Assembly: GCA_951406725.2 (NCBI GenBank)
Contig: OX597818.1
Location: 40,052,001 to 40,116,000, forward strand
DNA length: 64,000 nt
DNA from: Octopus vulgaris
Taxonomy: Eukaryota
Direction: 5' to 3'
The notes below the pieces were generated by a model, which had not been told where the DNA came from, ran no database searches, and was given only the letters and a program-made list of their open reading frames with translations. The translations under genes and the position numbers were made by a program. This document shows positions 25,317-39,051 of the stretch, in pieces (position 1 is the first letter of the stretch; every line of letters begins with the position of its first letter).

Positions 25317-25578
25317 TTCTACATAATGAGAAAGATGTAGTCATTGGTTCATCTTTCAGATGCATACATAAACAAATAATTTTACATGGGTGGAATGATG
25401 AGAGAAGGTTTTCACGGTCATTTTAAGACCAAAACCAGCTTCATAACTTCACTCCTTGCTAAGATATTGCATTCTGAAAGTTCCGAAACTTTGACTGCAT
25501 TTTTTTCAGTTTTTAAGTTCTGGTACTTACGATGGTCTGTTACAAAATGCCTCAAATGAGAATTACATTTATTAGAAT

Positions 25579-25905
25579 AATCATCATCATCGTTTAACGT
25601 CCGCTTTCCATGCTAGCACGGGTTGGACAGTTCGACTGGGGTCTGGGAAGCCAGGAGCCTGCACTAGGCTCCAGTCTGATCTGACAGTGTTTCTATAGCT
25701 GGATGCCCTTCCTAACACCAACCACTCCGTGAGTCTAGTGGGTGATTTTTGCCAGGTGCCAGGCGAGGCTGGCAACGGCCACGATCGGTTGGTGCCTTTT
25801 ACGTGCCACTGGCATGGAAGCCAGTCGGAGCGGCGCTGGCAACGGCCACATTTGGATTGTTCTTTTACGTGCTACCGGCACTGGTATCACAACTACAATT
25901 TCCAT
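25579..25905 (-). mobile_element. Family C repeat (RTE 3'-end-derived) with (GAT)n tail
   Basis: catcatcgtttaacgtccgctttccatgctagc...ggatgcccttcctaac. Other copies near 21575, 28118, 29994, 38908, 50796, 53940-54481 (opposite strand), 55571, 56756, 59347 and 63063. Confidence 0.85.
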
Positions 25906-26586
25906 TGACTTTTGAGTGATTTTGTTTTCACTTCCGATTCAGAATAATCTGAATGCAAAAGGGTGAATGGAAGGGTGGGTGGGGTACAGCAACACATTGT
26001 GAAGTGCAGGGAGCCAGATGAGGCTAGTAAGACATCTTGGTCATCCACTTCCTCCATCACCATCTCCAGTCGTCTTGACCTGGTCTTGCTACTGGATTGA
26101 AGATGGTCATGGACGAGAGAGTGAGGCTGAGGGTGTGCAACTGTTCTTCACTTTAAACAAAGGCACTGCACACATCATCATTCATCCCTGAGGATGACTA
26201 GATTGTCCTTGTCACTCCAACATTGTGTGTGTTAGTGTTAGAGTGTGTTCATGTTGTATAATGAAGCTCATTTTGTAGTTTCCTTTTTACTATCTTGTAC
26301 TGTGAAAATGTCCAGTTTAATATTCTCTTTAAGAAGAGAAGCATTAAAATGAAATAAGTCGACCATACCTCAAGACTATTGAAAAGGTTGCAAGATGCAA
26401 CGAAAATTTTAGGAAAATAAAAATAAGAAATAAGTGGAAATTTTACTGGTGAGTGAGTTACATTATAAGGCACAAAAAGAAAATGACTCTCCCCAGACAC
26501 AACAGAATATGCTTCAACTCACAAACTCACATAAAGAATCTTGCAAACCAAATCCCAAAACGAAACATTGTTAAAATTGTTACCCT

Positions 26587-26998
26587 TTTACTCTTTTACT
26601 TGTTTCAGTCATCTGACTGCGGCCATGCTGGAGCATCACCTTTAGTCGAGCAAATTGACTGCAGGACTTATTCTTTCTAAGCCTAGTACTTATTCTTTCA
26701 GTCACTTTTGCTGAACCGCTAAGTTACGGGGACATAAACACACCAACATCGGCTGTCAAGCGATGTTGGGGGCACAAACACAGACACACAAATACACACA
26801 TATATACATATACATATATATATATATATATATACGATGGGCTTCTTTCAGTTTCTGTCTACCAAATACACTCACAAGGCTTTGGTCGGCCTGAGGCTAT
26901 AGTAGAAGGCACTTGCCTAAGGTGTCACGCAGTGGGACTGCACCCGGAACCATGTGGTTGGTAAGCAAGCTACTTACCATACAGCCACTCCCGAGCCT
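26587..26998 (-). mobile_element. SINE family A
   Basis: Full-length reverse copy. Confidence 0.9.
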
Positions 26999-29505
26999 GT
27001 AAACTTTTGATTTATTTCTGTGATTATTTGTTTTGAATTAAATGTAAGCCAAGTGTTGTTTAGTTTCCAGGTCATCATAACTAAGCATCAATGGTTCAGA
27101 CCACCACCACCACCACCACGACCACCATGGCCATTGTCATTGTTGACGTTTTAACATCCACTTTTTCATAATTGCATGAATCATGAATCAGATGGATTTT
27201 CCACTGCTAGTTACTACCTATTTCTGAGTAAGGTGATATGTAATATTTCCTTATGGCCAGTCATGTTTTCCATTGAGGATTGATTGTAACAAACAACAGT
27301 ATTTGTATAATAATACTTATCTACATCTATTACGTGATGTGAAGACTAGGACATACGTGCACATTCACACGCATGCACCTGTATATATACATACACACAC
27401 ACACATGTATGTACACTCACACATGTGCACACATGATGAGCTTCTTTCAGTTTCTGTCTACCAAATCCACTCACAAGGTTTTGTTCAGTCTGGAGCTATA
27501 GTAGAGAACACTAGCCCAGGGTGCCATACAGTGGGACCGAACCTAAAATCATGTGGTTGGGAAGCAAACTTCTTAACCGCACAACCATGTCGAGAAGTGG
27601 TGTTAAATCATGCTTCAATTAAGTTCAATTTGCATGAGATTTCAGTTTCTTCTCAAGTCTAAAATAGCCCCATATTCAACAGTTGATGTGACAAGATACC
27701 ATGGAGTGTTTAACCCTTTAGCATTTAAACTGGCCATATCCGGCCAAAAGTATTCTGCCTGTTTTATGTTCAAACTGGCCAGATCTGGTCTCTCACACCA
27801 ACCCTACAATATCATTTTAAAAATTAACAGCTACCTCATCAAAATCTCAAAGCTACAAGATAATGCCTGATTAGTTCAAGGCAATGTGGATAAAAAAGGA
27901 TTAATTTTGGCAGAATAATGCGAGCACTAAAGGGTTAATTGCTATTTGTTAAGCTTTCATCTTTATGGGAATATAGAGAAATGTAGTATTGGAGTGTTGA
28001 TAACTTCCCTAAAATTTCATTAAAGGCACACATGAAATGAAATGCCTTTATCAAAAATCAATACAGATTCCAGATTACAGACTTAACTCATCAGAAACTA
28101 ATCTCCTGATGACTTTACATCATCATCATCATCATCGTTTAACGTCCGTTTTCCATGCTAGCATGGGTTGGACGATTTTGACTGAGGTCTGGCGAACCAG
28201 ATGGCTGCACCAGGCTCCACTCTAATCAGGTAATGCTTCTACAGCTGGATGCCCTTCCTAACGCCAACCACTCCGAGAGTGTAGTGGGTGCTTTTACGTG
28301 CTACTGGCACGAGGGCCAGTCAGGTGGTACTGGCAACGGCCACGCTCAAATGGTGCTTTTTTATGTGCCACCTGCACAGGAGCCAGTCCAGCGGCACTGG
28401 CAATGGCCTCACTCAAATGTTTTTTCACGTGCCACTAGCACAAGTGCCAGTAAGGTGACGCAGGTAACGATCACGCTCGAATCATTATATTACACAAAAA
28501 AGGAAATTCCATATTTACTGGTGTTTAAGACACCCTCTTGTGTAAGATGCACTTTTATTTCACAATTATATTTTGTTGTCATCTGCTCTTTGCAAATACC
28601 TAACTGGTGGATGAAAGTTGCTTAACATTCTTTCTGCTTTCTAGGGGAATTTTTCCTTTAGATAATTAAACTATATTTCTTTAAGGTAACACAGTCAATA
28701 AATACTGTAGTACATATATCAGGTGTAGGTTACATATGTTGGAGAACGAAGTACAGTGAGGTGATATGACTTCTCTACATAACAGCAGATGTACCTTAAA
28801 CAATTTTTTACATAAGTTTGTTCTAACCAACTGTGATAATTTGGCTTCTTTTCACCATTATTAGTAACAAATTTCTTTGCTTAATAAACTTATGTTTATC
28901 CAGCTCCCCTATGGCACTCTAGTCTTTCATCTGTAATATTGGTCACATTAGATGCAGGTCTAATTTTTTATCAATTAAAAAATAAGGATAGCGTATGTTA
29001 TATCCCAGCAAATATGATATATATCAAGGATGTGAAGATCAACAATATCAAATTATTTGAAACCTGGCTCTGTCAAGAAAGTCGATATATTTAATATCTT
29101 CCAGCATTGATATGAATGAGTCAATAAGAAGTGCTTCTACTATACAATCAGTCAGCTAGAAATAGTAACTAAATTCCCCTCATAACACACCCTACTGTCT
29201 TAAATAGAAAGGGTACACTGGATAATATAGTGCTAGATATACTATGACTGGATGGCCATAGAAGGAATATGGCAAATACCTATGATTATAGGCCTGCTCA
29301 ACTACATCCTTTTAACCACAGAATAAAAAAAAAAAAAGAATAATTATGGCTATGTTTAGTGATTAGAACTCTACTGCTTTTGACCTTTGGCTCTTCAGGC
29401 TCTTAAAGAAGTACTTGAGAGGTTAAAAGCTTTCATGTTTTTTGAATTGTACACATATTAAAGAATAACCACAGGGTATTTATAAAACAGAAGAAATTAT
29501 TGGTG

Positions 29506-29733
29506 TTAACCCTTTCGTTACTGTATTTATTTTGAGATGTTCTTTGTTTCTTTCAATTAATTTTAAATATAACAAAGAATTTAGTAAAATAACTGTTATC
29601 ATTCAGCTCGTGTTAGGAACATAAATTGTGACTAAGGTTTGGTGGAAGATTTTAATTCAAAACTTACGAATACAAGACATTTGTACTACAGAGCCAGGGC
29701 CGGTTTCAACCAGGTTGGTAACAAAAGGGTTAA
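29506..29733. mobile_element. TTAA MITE family E
   Basis: TTAA-CCCTTTCGTTAC...GTAACAAAAGGG-TTAA. Confidence 0.85.
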
Positions 29734-31299
29734 TCACAGATTAAGTGTGGAAAATGTCTACTTCTAGAAGCATTAAACGTGATGTTAACTGATGATGATA
29801 TTGCATGTGTGTGTCTGTAACCCCCCCCTACACAGTTATAATCGATGGAGGAAACGGGAAATAGATTTGGTACTAGCCTTTATTTCAGTACGACGATCGT
29901 TACAACTCATCCTGAAACTGTCCGTCATGTGTAGGATTTTGTGTACCTAGTTGTGGACAGATGACAGTTTGACTTAATAGCAACATCATTTTCCTCATCA
30001 TTTAATGTCTGTCTTCCATGCTAGCATGGTAGGACTTCTGTGACTATTTTGGCAGGATTTTTACAGCTGGATGCCCTTCCAAACACCAACCACTCAGCAG
30101 AGTGGACTTAGTCTTTTTTACGTGGCACAAGCACAGGTGAGGTGAGTTGTGCTTTTTATGTGGATCAAGCACAGGCAAGGTCAGTTTTGGCAAGGTGTTT
30201 TTACAGCTGGATGCCCTTCCAAACACCAACCACTTTACAGTGTGGACTGGGTGCTTTTAAGTGGTACCTGCACTGACAAGATCACCAAGTACTTGTAAGA
30301 CATTAAAAAAAAAATTTCAGAGGGGAGGGAGGCATTGGAGGAGATGATGATGAAAAGGTTATAGTGAAACAGATACAGGTGTCTTGTTGTAGAGGAAGTA
30401 TTAGGTTACCCGGCCCAGCCAGAAAGAGAAAGATCAGGAATGAAGACAGAAGCAGGTGTGCTGCCGTAAAGAAAATACATGGTTGCCCAACCTGAGGGAA
30501 GTGCAAGAGAAGGAGAGAGAGTGAGAGACAGCGAGATAGAGATGGTGGCAAAATGCCAGGCATACTTACAAGGAACAGGGATCAGAATATGAGATGATGG
30601 AGTAAAGGAAGAGAAAGATATAGATGATGGCAAGTGCCAGGGTTTCCCTTGAGGGCCGAATGCCATAAGTGGCAGAATATTGCAAAGGAAGTGTGATTAA
30701 AGTGTGTGAGTAAGTGACAAAAGAGCTGGGTATAGAGTTGGAGGGGCTACTGGATAACAATTATAGAGTTGGAGAGGCTACTGGATAACAATGACACAGA
30801 GGAATGAGGGTGTGAGGACAGGATTGGGGATTGAGAGCTAGGCATAGTGTTGCCCCTTCTGTATCTGCTGGTGCTAGAGTAGCTGCTGTCAAAGTAAGTT
30901 TTTGTGGGGCATTTCATACGAAAGAGCCATGTTAGCATGCGTGGCTCTGTGGTAAGATGTTGCTTTCCAACCACATGGTCCCAAGTTCAGTGCCACTGTG
31001 TGGCACCCTGGGTAAGTGTCTTCTACTATAGCCTCAGGCTAACCAAAACCTTGTGAGTGGATTTGGTAGATGGAAACTGAAAGAAGCCCATCATGTGTGT
31101 GTTCCACCACCAACTGACAATTGGTGTCGGAGTGTTTACATTCCTCTAACTTACTGGTTCAGCAAAAGAGGCCAATAGAATATGAACCATGCTTCAAATT
31201 AAGTTCTGGGGTCGATTAGTCACCAGCATGGCTGCAGTCTAATGACTGAAGCCAGTAAAAGAATAAATATATGTGGACAATGTCACAGTAACAGAGACA

Positions 31300-31645
31300 G
31301 GTAGCAAACATATTGGACACAGTGTGAAAGGGTGATGAGGGCATAAATTAGCCAGGTAAAATCTGTTGGCCTGCTGTTTGGCACCTGGAGAAGCAGATAT
31401 CTGTGCTGTCTGACAGTGTTGTGGGGCACTGGACTGATGGACCTGTTAAATTGCTTGGGATCTCCATGTAGATCGGAACTGGGGCAAGATGAGAGCAGAG
31501 AGGTCAGTCTCACTCAGAATTGGGCTGAAAGGAAGCTCTCCCTGAAGGGGTAGTGAATTCCTACATCACATCCATCATCTGTCCCCTGATTGTCATGCCT
31601 CACCCCATTTCATGGCTGACCAGACTGGAGCACTTGCTCTTCATT
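31300..31645 (+). mobile_element. L1/Tx1-like LINE RT C-terminal relic
   Basis: Patchy translation KSVGLLFGTW..GHWTDGPVKLLG..NWAERKLSLKG..LTRLEHLLF, with frameshifts. Confidence 0.6.
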
Positions 31646-31809
31646 GGAGAGCATGTGTTCCATTGGTCAGACAATCCATATTCAAGCATCCAGTTTGAAG
31701 TCCTCTCATTATGTATTTTGTTTTTCTGATGCAATCTTTAAGATTCATTGCTTTCAAAAGTCAAATTCAATTGGTGTTATGAAATCAAAGCATATACAAT
31801 TTTGTATAA

Positions 31810-32199
31810 TCTATATATATAAAGCTGAAGTTGTATGTGTGTGGCAGGTTTGGTAGCCTTCAACTAACACTACCTCCTCCGAGACCCTGTGGTGCAAGTT
31901 GACCAAAATTGAGAGTATGATAGAAGAAGGCTTGCTCTTCATTCCGTAGAAGATAAAATTCAAATCGGACCATGTTAAAACCAAAAATTATTTACATAAA
32001 AAAGGTGCTTTTTTTCTATGAAGATCTCTATTTTTTACGATTTTTTGACTGTCATGTCACCATTTTTCGGTGTATTTCAACCAGAAAAATGTTCACTTAA
32101 AGAGAATAACAAGCTACATAATGCAAAATTTTTACTTTTCAAAAATTCCAAATCTAAAGGGTCGAAACAAACCCGAGCAACACTGGGCAATACTTCTAG
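31810..32199 (+). mobile_element. Non-autonomous Helitron
   Basis: A|TCtatatatataaagctgaagttgt... ; 3' cccgagcaacactggg...CTAG|T. Ends shared with the 24955 element. Confidence 0.8.
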
Positions 32200-32337
32200 T
32201 TCTTTTAAAAAGGATAAACTGTTAAGGAAATCAATTTGGATTATCTTTTTATCTTTTACTTGTCTCAGTCATTGGACTGTGGAGATGCTGGTTGAATGAA
32301 TCCACCTCTACTTACTTTTTCAAAGCCTGGTACTTAT

Positions 32338-32730
32338 TACTCTTTACTCTTTTAATGGTTTCAGTCATTTGACTGTGGCCATGCTGGAGCACTGCCTTTA
32401 GTCGAGCAAATCGACCCCAGGACTTATTCTTTGTAAGCCTAGTACTTATTCTATCGGCCTCTTTTGCCGAACCGCTAAGTTACGGGGACGTAAACACACC
32501 AGCATCGGTTGTCAAGCGAAGTTGGGGGGGGACAAACACAGACACAAGCATATATATATATATATACGACGGGCTTCTTTTAGTTTCCGTCTACCAAATC
32601 CACTCACAAGGCTTTGGTTGGCCCGGGGCTATAGTAGAAGACACTTGCCCAAGATGTCACGCAGCGGGACTGAACCCGGAACCATGTGGTTCGTAAGCAA
32701 GCTACTTACCACACAGCCACTCCTGCACCT
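32338..32730 (-). mobile_element. SINE family A nested in an older family A copy (~32248-32940)
   Basis: Young full copy flanked by the tail and head halves of a more diverged copy. Confidence 0.8.
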
Positions 32731-32999
32731 ATATATCTTTTTGCCAAAATGCTAATTTACAGGGAAGTAAACAAACCAACACCGGTTATCAAACGGCAGT
32801 AGGGATGCACGCACGTACGCAAAGCTTTTGTCAGTTTCCGTCTACTAAATCCACTCACAAGGCTTCGGTTGGCCTGGGGCTAAAATAGAAGACACTTGCA
32901 GTTGGAACTTTACTCGGAACCGTGGTTGGGGCGCAAACGTGTTGAGAATATGTCGGGTAGTTCTACATAATTTATTTATCAACATTCTACATCGTATTT

Positions 33000-34391
33000 T
33001 TATTACATTTTTTTTTTAAACACGAGGAAGTGTAAGAAGGATGTTTGTATTTCATTTTATGGGTCACTGCAGCACCTGAACCACCCACTTGCTAGTCTGA
33101 TTTTCATAGGAAAGTTTTTTTTTTTTTTTGGAATACTGTATAAACTACAAGAAACGAAAAAGCGCCTTTGATCACAAACACATGACGCATGGTGTGTGTG
33201 TGTGTGTGTGTGTGTCTGTAAGAAGACTGATTCATATCGTTGTAGACGCCTCAAATTGTAGTCACTGCTCGTGATTTTCTTAGAAGCTATATGTCTAATA
33301 TTACATACTTTATCTTGTCATTCAAAGTTGAGTGCAGGTTTTGTTTAAAGATGTTATATAAATAAGTTCGTCCCTCAATTTCTTAATCTTCTCTGTGCTT
33401 ATACATTCTCTCACACACATTTTACTTCTCTTTAAAACCCAATTTTACAAACTTAACTTTCTCTCTTCTACACGCCACCGCCTGTTTTTCTCGATCTCTT
33501 TTTTGTTATATTCGCAGTCTCTTATATTCTCCTTTTTAAAATTATTTCGTCTTAGATATCTCCCTTTATCGAGTATTTTCTGTTTTCAAACATATATTTA
33601 TTTTCGCGCTGTTTCTCTCCCCACCTCATTTCTTTCTACGCAGTCCAATTCTTTCACAAGCTTTTTACACTCACACCATTCGTCTTATGGCTTCACTAAT
33701 GATATCTAGTAAGGCCCTCCCACCTACTTGTAATTTAGCTGTTCATCTAACTCTCTCCTTCATCATGATACAAGCCCTGTTTGGTTGGCCTTGACGTTTC
33801 ATTCAGTCCCGGTACTGTTCCGTACCGGCGTTAACCATAGTGTGATTTTTTCTCTTTTCTTACATAGACACTAGCTACTCTGTTGATTTTTTATTTTGGA
33901 ATTCAACCCCGTCGTACGTGGCGGGGGAGTAAGTTCGGCCAAGTGCTACAAGTAGGTTGATTAATTACAATTTATTTTTCTTCTGGCTGCCTAGCTTTGG
34001 CTTCTTTCACTACGAAAATTGGAAACCACTTCTAACCCCTCCGTTTTTTTTTTACACATATACATACACGCACACAGGCATCACCACCACCACCACCACC
34101 ACCACCACACCGTGTGCGTAGATCACCTTATCTTTTTGCTCCTTCGCCAACCATCTTCAACAAACACATTTCTCAGATTAGTGTTGCTTAACGACAGACG
34201 AATAGATGGGATTTAGCGCCGACACGCCAGCCTTACCCATAGGGCCTCCTTTCTGGTTGATGCTGAACACAACATACACGGACAATCAGTGGAAACAGAT
34301 GATGGTCTCTGTAGACAACAAATAGTCTGTGGGAGGAGAGAGTTCGATAAGTTGATTTAAGAGTCTTACGCCTCGGGACCTTGCCCTTCGT

Positions 34392-34428
<37 letters not shown>

Positions 34429-34517
34429 TACACACAACACGTACATACATACAAAGGTACACACACACATATATACACACCCTCATTTTGTATACTATGT
34501 AAATATATATATACATT

Positions 34518-34550
<33 letters not shown>

Positions 34551-35900
34551 CTTTACATACCACACGTATGTGTACTTGTATAAACTTTCGCATATTTTAT
34601 ATATTTTGATGCATTGATTTATATTTCACACACACACATTCTGAAAATTATTTACCAACACATACATTTTTTGCCCTCTTGTAATTCATGCAATACACAC
34701 GTTTCTATACACTTCGATCTAATTCACTCACAAACACACAGCTAAAGATCTATTGATATCATAAAACACACGCACACATACACAGTTTCAGGCGCACATT
34801 GTCGGCTCCCCCATATACAAAAGCACGGTAATTCCACTGACTATTCATGCACACATGACTGTCACGCTCATATGTGCACCTACATACACACACAAATTTT
34901 TATATACAAACAAGCATTCTGATGCATTCATAACATACTAACAAGCGTGTTAGTATATCCGCTTGCGCAGTCATAACACACACACAAACGCATTCAAGAA
35001 GATACATTTTAGACCCAGAAATACACAAGATTTAAACACGTTGACACATTCATACTGATTAATGCCCTGTCACTATACACACACACATAGACACACAAAA
35101 TAGACACACGGCTGATACACAAATAAACAGCCTCCAGTCTATACACACGCACATATATTAAACAGGCACCGAACTATCATTGTCCGTTTCCATACACAGT
35201 TCTACTAATTTTTTTCTTCTTTTCTTTCTCCCTCTATCAGGGACACACAAACACTTAAACAGACTATATTCAGACACTTTACATTATTACCTAGTCACGA
35301 AACTCACACTTCATTAAACAAACCCGACCTCGGCAGGTTAGCTTGCCCTGGTAGAAATAACAGCAATATATCTATATCTTTCTATTTTAAAAAGCAAAAC
35401 GGATACTTTGACCACGTAATCAGGAGTACACTGTGATTATACTTAAAACAAGAACGGGATGGTCATGGTTGGAATCTCTTTGATTAAAGGTCAGTTTAGT
35501 TAGAACTGACTTTTCATTAAGCAACACAAGTTTTCTACATTCATGACACTCGTACTTCCGTAGTCTCTCTTCTCTCTCACACATCTCCTCTTTGACATAC
35601 GCACTCGCACCCCTAAACACGTGCACTCGCACACACTCATTCATACCCCCACTCCATTCATTCTCTCAAACTTAACCAAAGCAACAGGTTGACACTTCCC
35701 CTGTCATCCTCATCTTACAACCCGATACAATCTGTGATTTATACTACTTTTTGCTGTCAGCAATGATTAAATCGGAGAAGTTTGTTTGTTAGTCGCTTAA
35801 ACGTGGGATAAATTTACTTGGACGTACACGACCAACTTTCTTGAAGCTTATGGCTTGGATTTATTGGAGTAAACTTGAAAACCTCTACCATTTACCATGT
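33000..35900. promoter_or_regulatory. TE-depleted, CpG-richer island; possible internal (bidirectional) promoter
   Basis: Visible excess of CG dinucleotides (e.g. cgtaccggcg, gtcgtacgtggcggg, agcgccgacacgcc) and near absence of the young SINEs that fill the flanks. Contains a (GA)n tract at ~34395-34426. Bounded by a minus-strand donor (34237) and a plus-strand first-exon candidate (35897). Confidence 0.4.
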
Positions 35901-35975
35901 CAAAGCGACGGCCTCGTTCGACTAATAGTGTAAACACTTTGCGGAGCAGTTCAGGAAGTACATATTCTATCTCAG
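35897..35975 (+). CDS. Candidate alternative first coding exon (MSKRRPRSTNSVNTLRSSSGSTYSIS-) of the same gene
   Basis: ACCATG start context, non-repeat Ser/Arg-rich peptide, donor CAG|GTATGC at 35975/35976 in phase 1 (same phase as the SAM exon donor). Lies in a TE-poor, CpG-richer region. Confidence 0.5.
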
Positions 35976-36063
35976 GTATGCCATCGTTTTATGTGTGCAT
36001 TGTGTTTTTATGTGTGTGTGCATCACATTTAAAGTATGTATATCCATTCGTCCGTCCGTTCAC

Positions 36064-36285
<222 letters not shown>

Positions 36286-36648
36286 TTGTCTGTCTATCTG
36301 AATTTATTTTTCAATTTATGTGTCTGCCTGACTATTTAGCCAGGCTGCAGTATGTATGCATTGACACACATAACTCGCCTGCACACACAAACTTATGTTG
36401 CAGTGAGAGGAATGCTCAATACATGTAGAGCAGATATGGATGCCCTTTTTTGAGACTTATGCCACATGAGAAACGCGGCTCTTCATCAGCTGTCCTGCAC
36501 TACTAATAATATTCGAGGTAAATTTTCATTAGGTGTTCCATTTAGAAAGTCCATGGCTTGCCCATGACTAATATAGAGGATACGTATTTTAATTTTTATT
36601 GAAACTGAGAGTTGGTCTCCTAATTCAAGTTTCACAACATGCAATCTT

Positions 36649-36689
<41 letters not shown>

Positions 36690-37290
36690 CTTATAAACGA
36701 GAGGCATGTTCAATCCAGAAAGGCTTTGAAATGGTGTATCCTTAGGGAAAATGAATTTGATTTTTGAAATTTGTAACCTGCAGGGGAAGTTGTCTGTAAA
36801 TAATAATAATAATAATAATATTTGCTATGAAAAATAACTCAAATTTTAGATCTGGGAATTCCCAACTTGACACTTTCTCTTTGTCTTTCCCTCTCTCTAT
36901 ATTTACCACTCTTTATCTCCCCCCTCTCTCACTCCTTATGTATTATCTATCACACATGCTGCCCCCCCCTCCATTTCATATGACATCCAGTTGTTTTCAT
37001 TTTATTTAAAGCTTAGTCTTCTAATGTTCACTTTCACTTCATGATACACAGATAGCATGTACAAATCCTGTTTTCTGATTGGGTAAAAATTATCGAGCTC
37101 TAAATGTCAGAACATTTTTTCTAAAATTTATCTTGAATAAGTGAATCACAGAATTGGATTCAGCATTAAAAAGTGCATTAATATACCAAATTTCAAAATA
37201 TTCGCTTTATTTTAAAATTTCAAAATCTGTGATAGCAACAGAGAGGATCTGTTTATGTAATTTTTTTTCCTCTTTTCTCATTGTAAACTT

Positions 37291-37340
<50 letters not shown>

Positions 37341-38641
37341 CATACACACTCTCCCACTGTGTATATGTATATAGCTCAAACTGTGTGTGTGTGAGTATGC
37401 ACGTGTGTAAGGAATTTCGTTAAGGCAGCAAAGTGATATAAAAAAGGTATGTAAAAGATAATTTATTTTAATAGCATATTTTATGGTCAGTGAATGTGTT
37501 CTTTCTTAGACACACACACAAATACACACATGGCCTTGCTTGGGACAGGTGGGGTGGGGGTAAAAAATTTAAATCACATTTTTTCGTTGCTTGAATTCTA
37601 GCAATAGACCCTCCCATGTGTTACTTCTGCATCAATATTAAAGAAGGAAGGTATCAGGTGGTCGTGGGATGTGCTAGAAACAGCATCTAAATTACCCTTG
37701 AATCACATCTTTCTGTCTAACAATTATTTTGAAATTATAAACAGAAACAATTGCAATACTCTCTGTATTTTAAAACTATGATTAAATAAAAATCTTGAAA
37801 AGAAACTGAAATTTTATGATTTATAGGAGGTAGTGGGGAAGGAGGTGTCAGTGAAAAAACTTATAAAACATTTCACTATTGTTTTTAAATTATGTTTGAT
37901 ATTCTGTTTGAAAATAAAGGAACTGTGAATTGTCATGGTGATTGGTGATGTCCCCCAATTTTTTAATCTTTTATTTTTAACTCATCAAAGCTTCTCCCAT
38001 CATTTTTAAGTGCATAGTACAAAAAAAAAAAGGAAAAAATTGACCAAAATTGGTACTGTGTAGGGGAGGAAGTTTGAAAAAAAAAACCCCATAAATTTTC
38101 AAAATTCTTCTTTTTGTTATACACAACACTCATATTAATAAGTGAACAGTTAATGACTAACACTGCAATTACTTTGCGTTTTATTGGTACAAAAATATAC
38201 GTCTGATCAAATGTCCAAAATGATTAAAGCCTTGGCTGCGTTTATCTTAAAAGGTGGTTCCTTATTGTTTGCTAACAAGCTAGGTTTCCGATATCAGGTC
38301 AGTTGATGGAGATTAGTGCAGAAAACATTGTAAATATTGTTAATTATGTGATGTTAAGTAACTAACTTGTTTTATCCTTGACATTATTTTTCAAGTTAGT
38401 TGGAACTGACTCCAAATATATGTCTTTGATTAGAGATCAAATGTGATTTTCTGGTGAGGCTTAGTGCATGTCATATAAAGAGAGAGGGGGAGCAGCATGT
38501 GTGAGAAATAATACAAATATAGAGAGAGATATTTCTCAACATATGAACTATTTGTGGCACATAAAAACATGCATTGTATCTATTAAATAATATTTATCTT
38601 TCACCAGATGGAGTACTTTTTTTGTTGATCTTACCATTATG

Positions 38642-38680
<39 letters not shown>

Positions 38681-38683
<3 letters not shown>

Positions 38684-38737
38684 TTAGCACTCTGGGCTTT
38701 GAATCCACCGATCCGAGTTTATGTCTCGGTGAGACCT
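38681..38737 (+). pseudogene. 5'-truncated tRNA-Gln(TTG) pseudogene
   Basis: tggttagcactctgggctTTGaatccaccgatccgagtttatgtctcggtgagacct matches eukaryotic tRNA-Gln from the D-loop to the 3' end. The 5' acceptor strand is missing and the T-loop is mutated. Confidence 0.8.
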
Positions 38738-39051
38738 CATAATTTTGCCAGGTGATGCTATTAAGTTACGTAACCTTTCTAAGTTATATACACCAGACTA
38801 AGCACATATATGCAAAACAAAACTGTCCAACAAATGGGAACATGAAACTCTGAGTGACAGTTTTTGTGATATTTTCGTTGGTTTTTAATAAAGTATATAT
38901 ATATATATCATCATCATCGTTTAATGTCCGCTCTCCATGCTAGCATGAGTTGGACGATTTGACTGAGGTCTGGCAAACCAGATGGTTGCGCCAGGCTCCA
39001 GTCTGATCTGGCAGAGTTTCTACAGCTGGATGCCCTTCCTAACGTCAGAAA

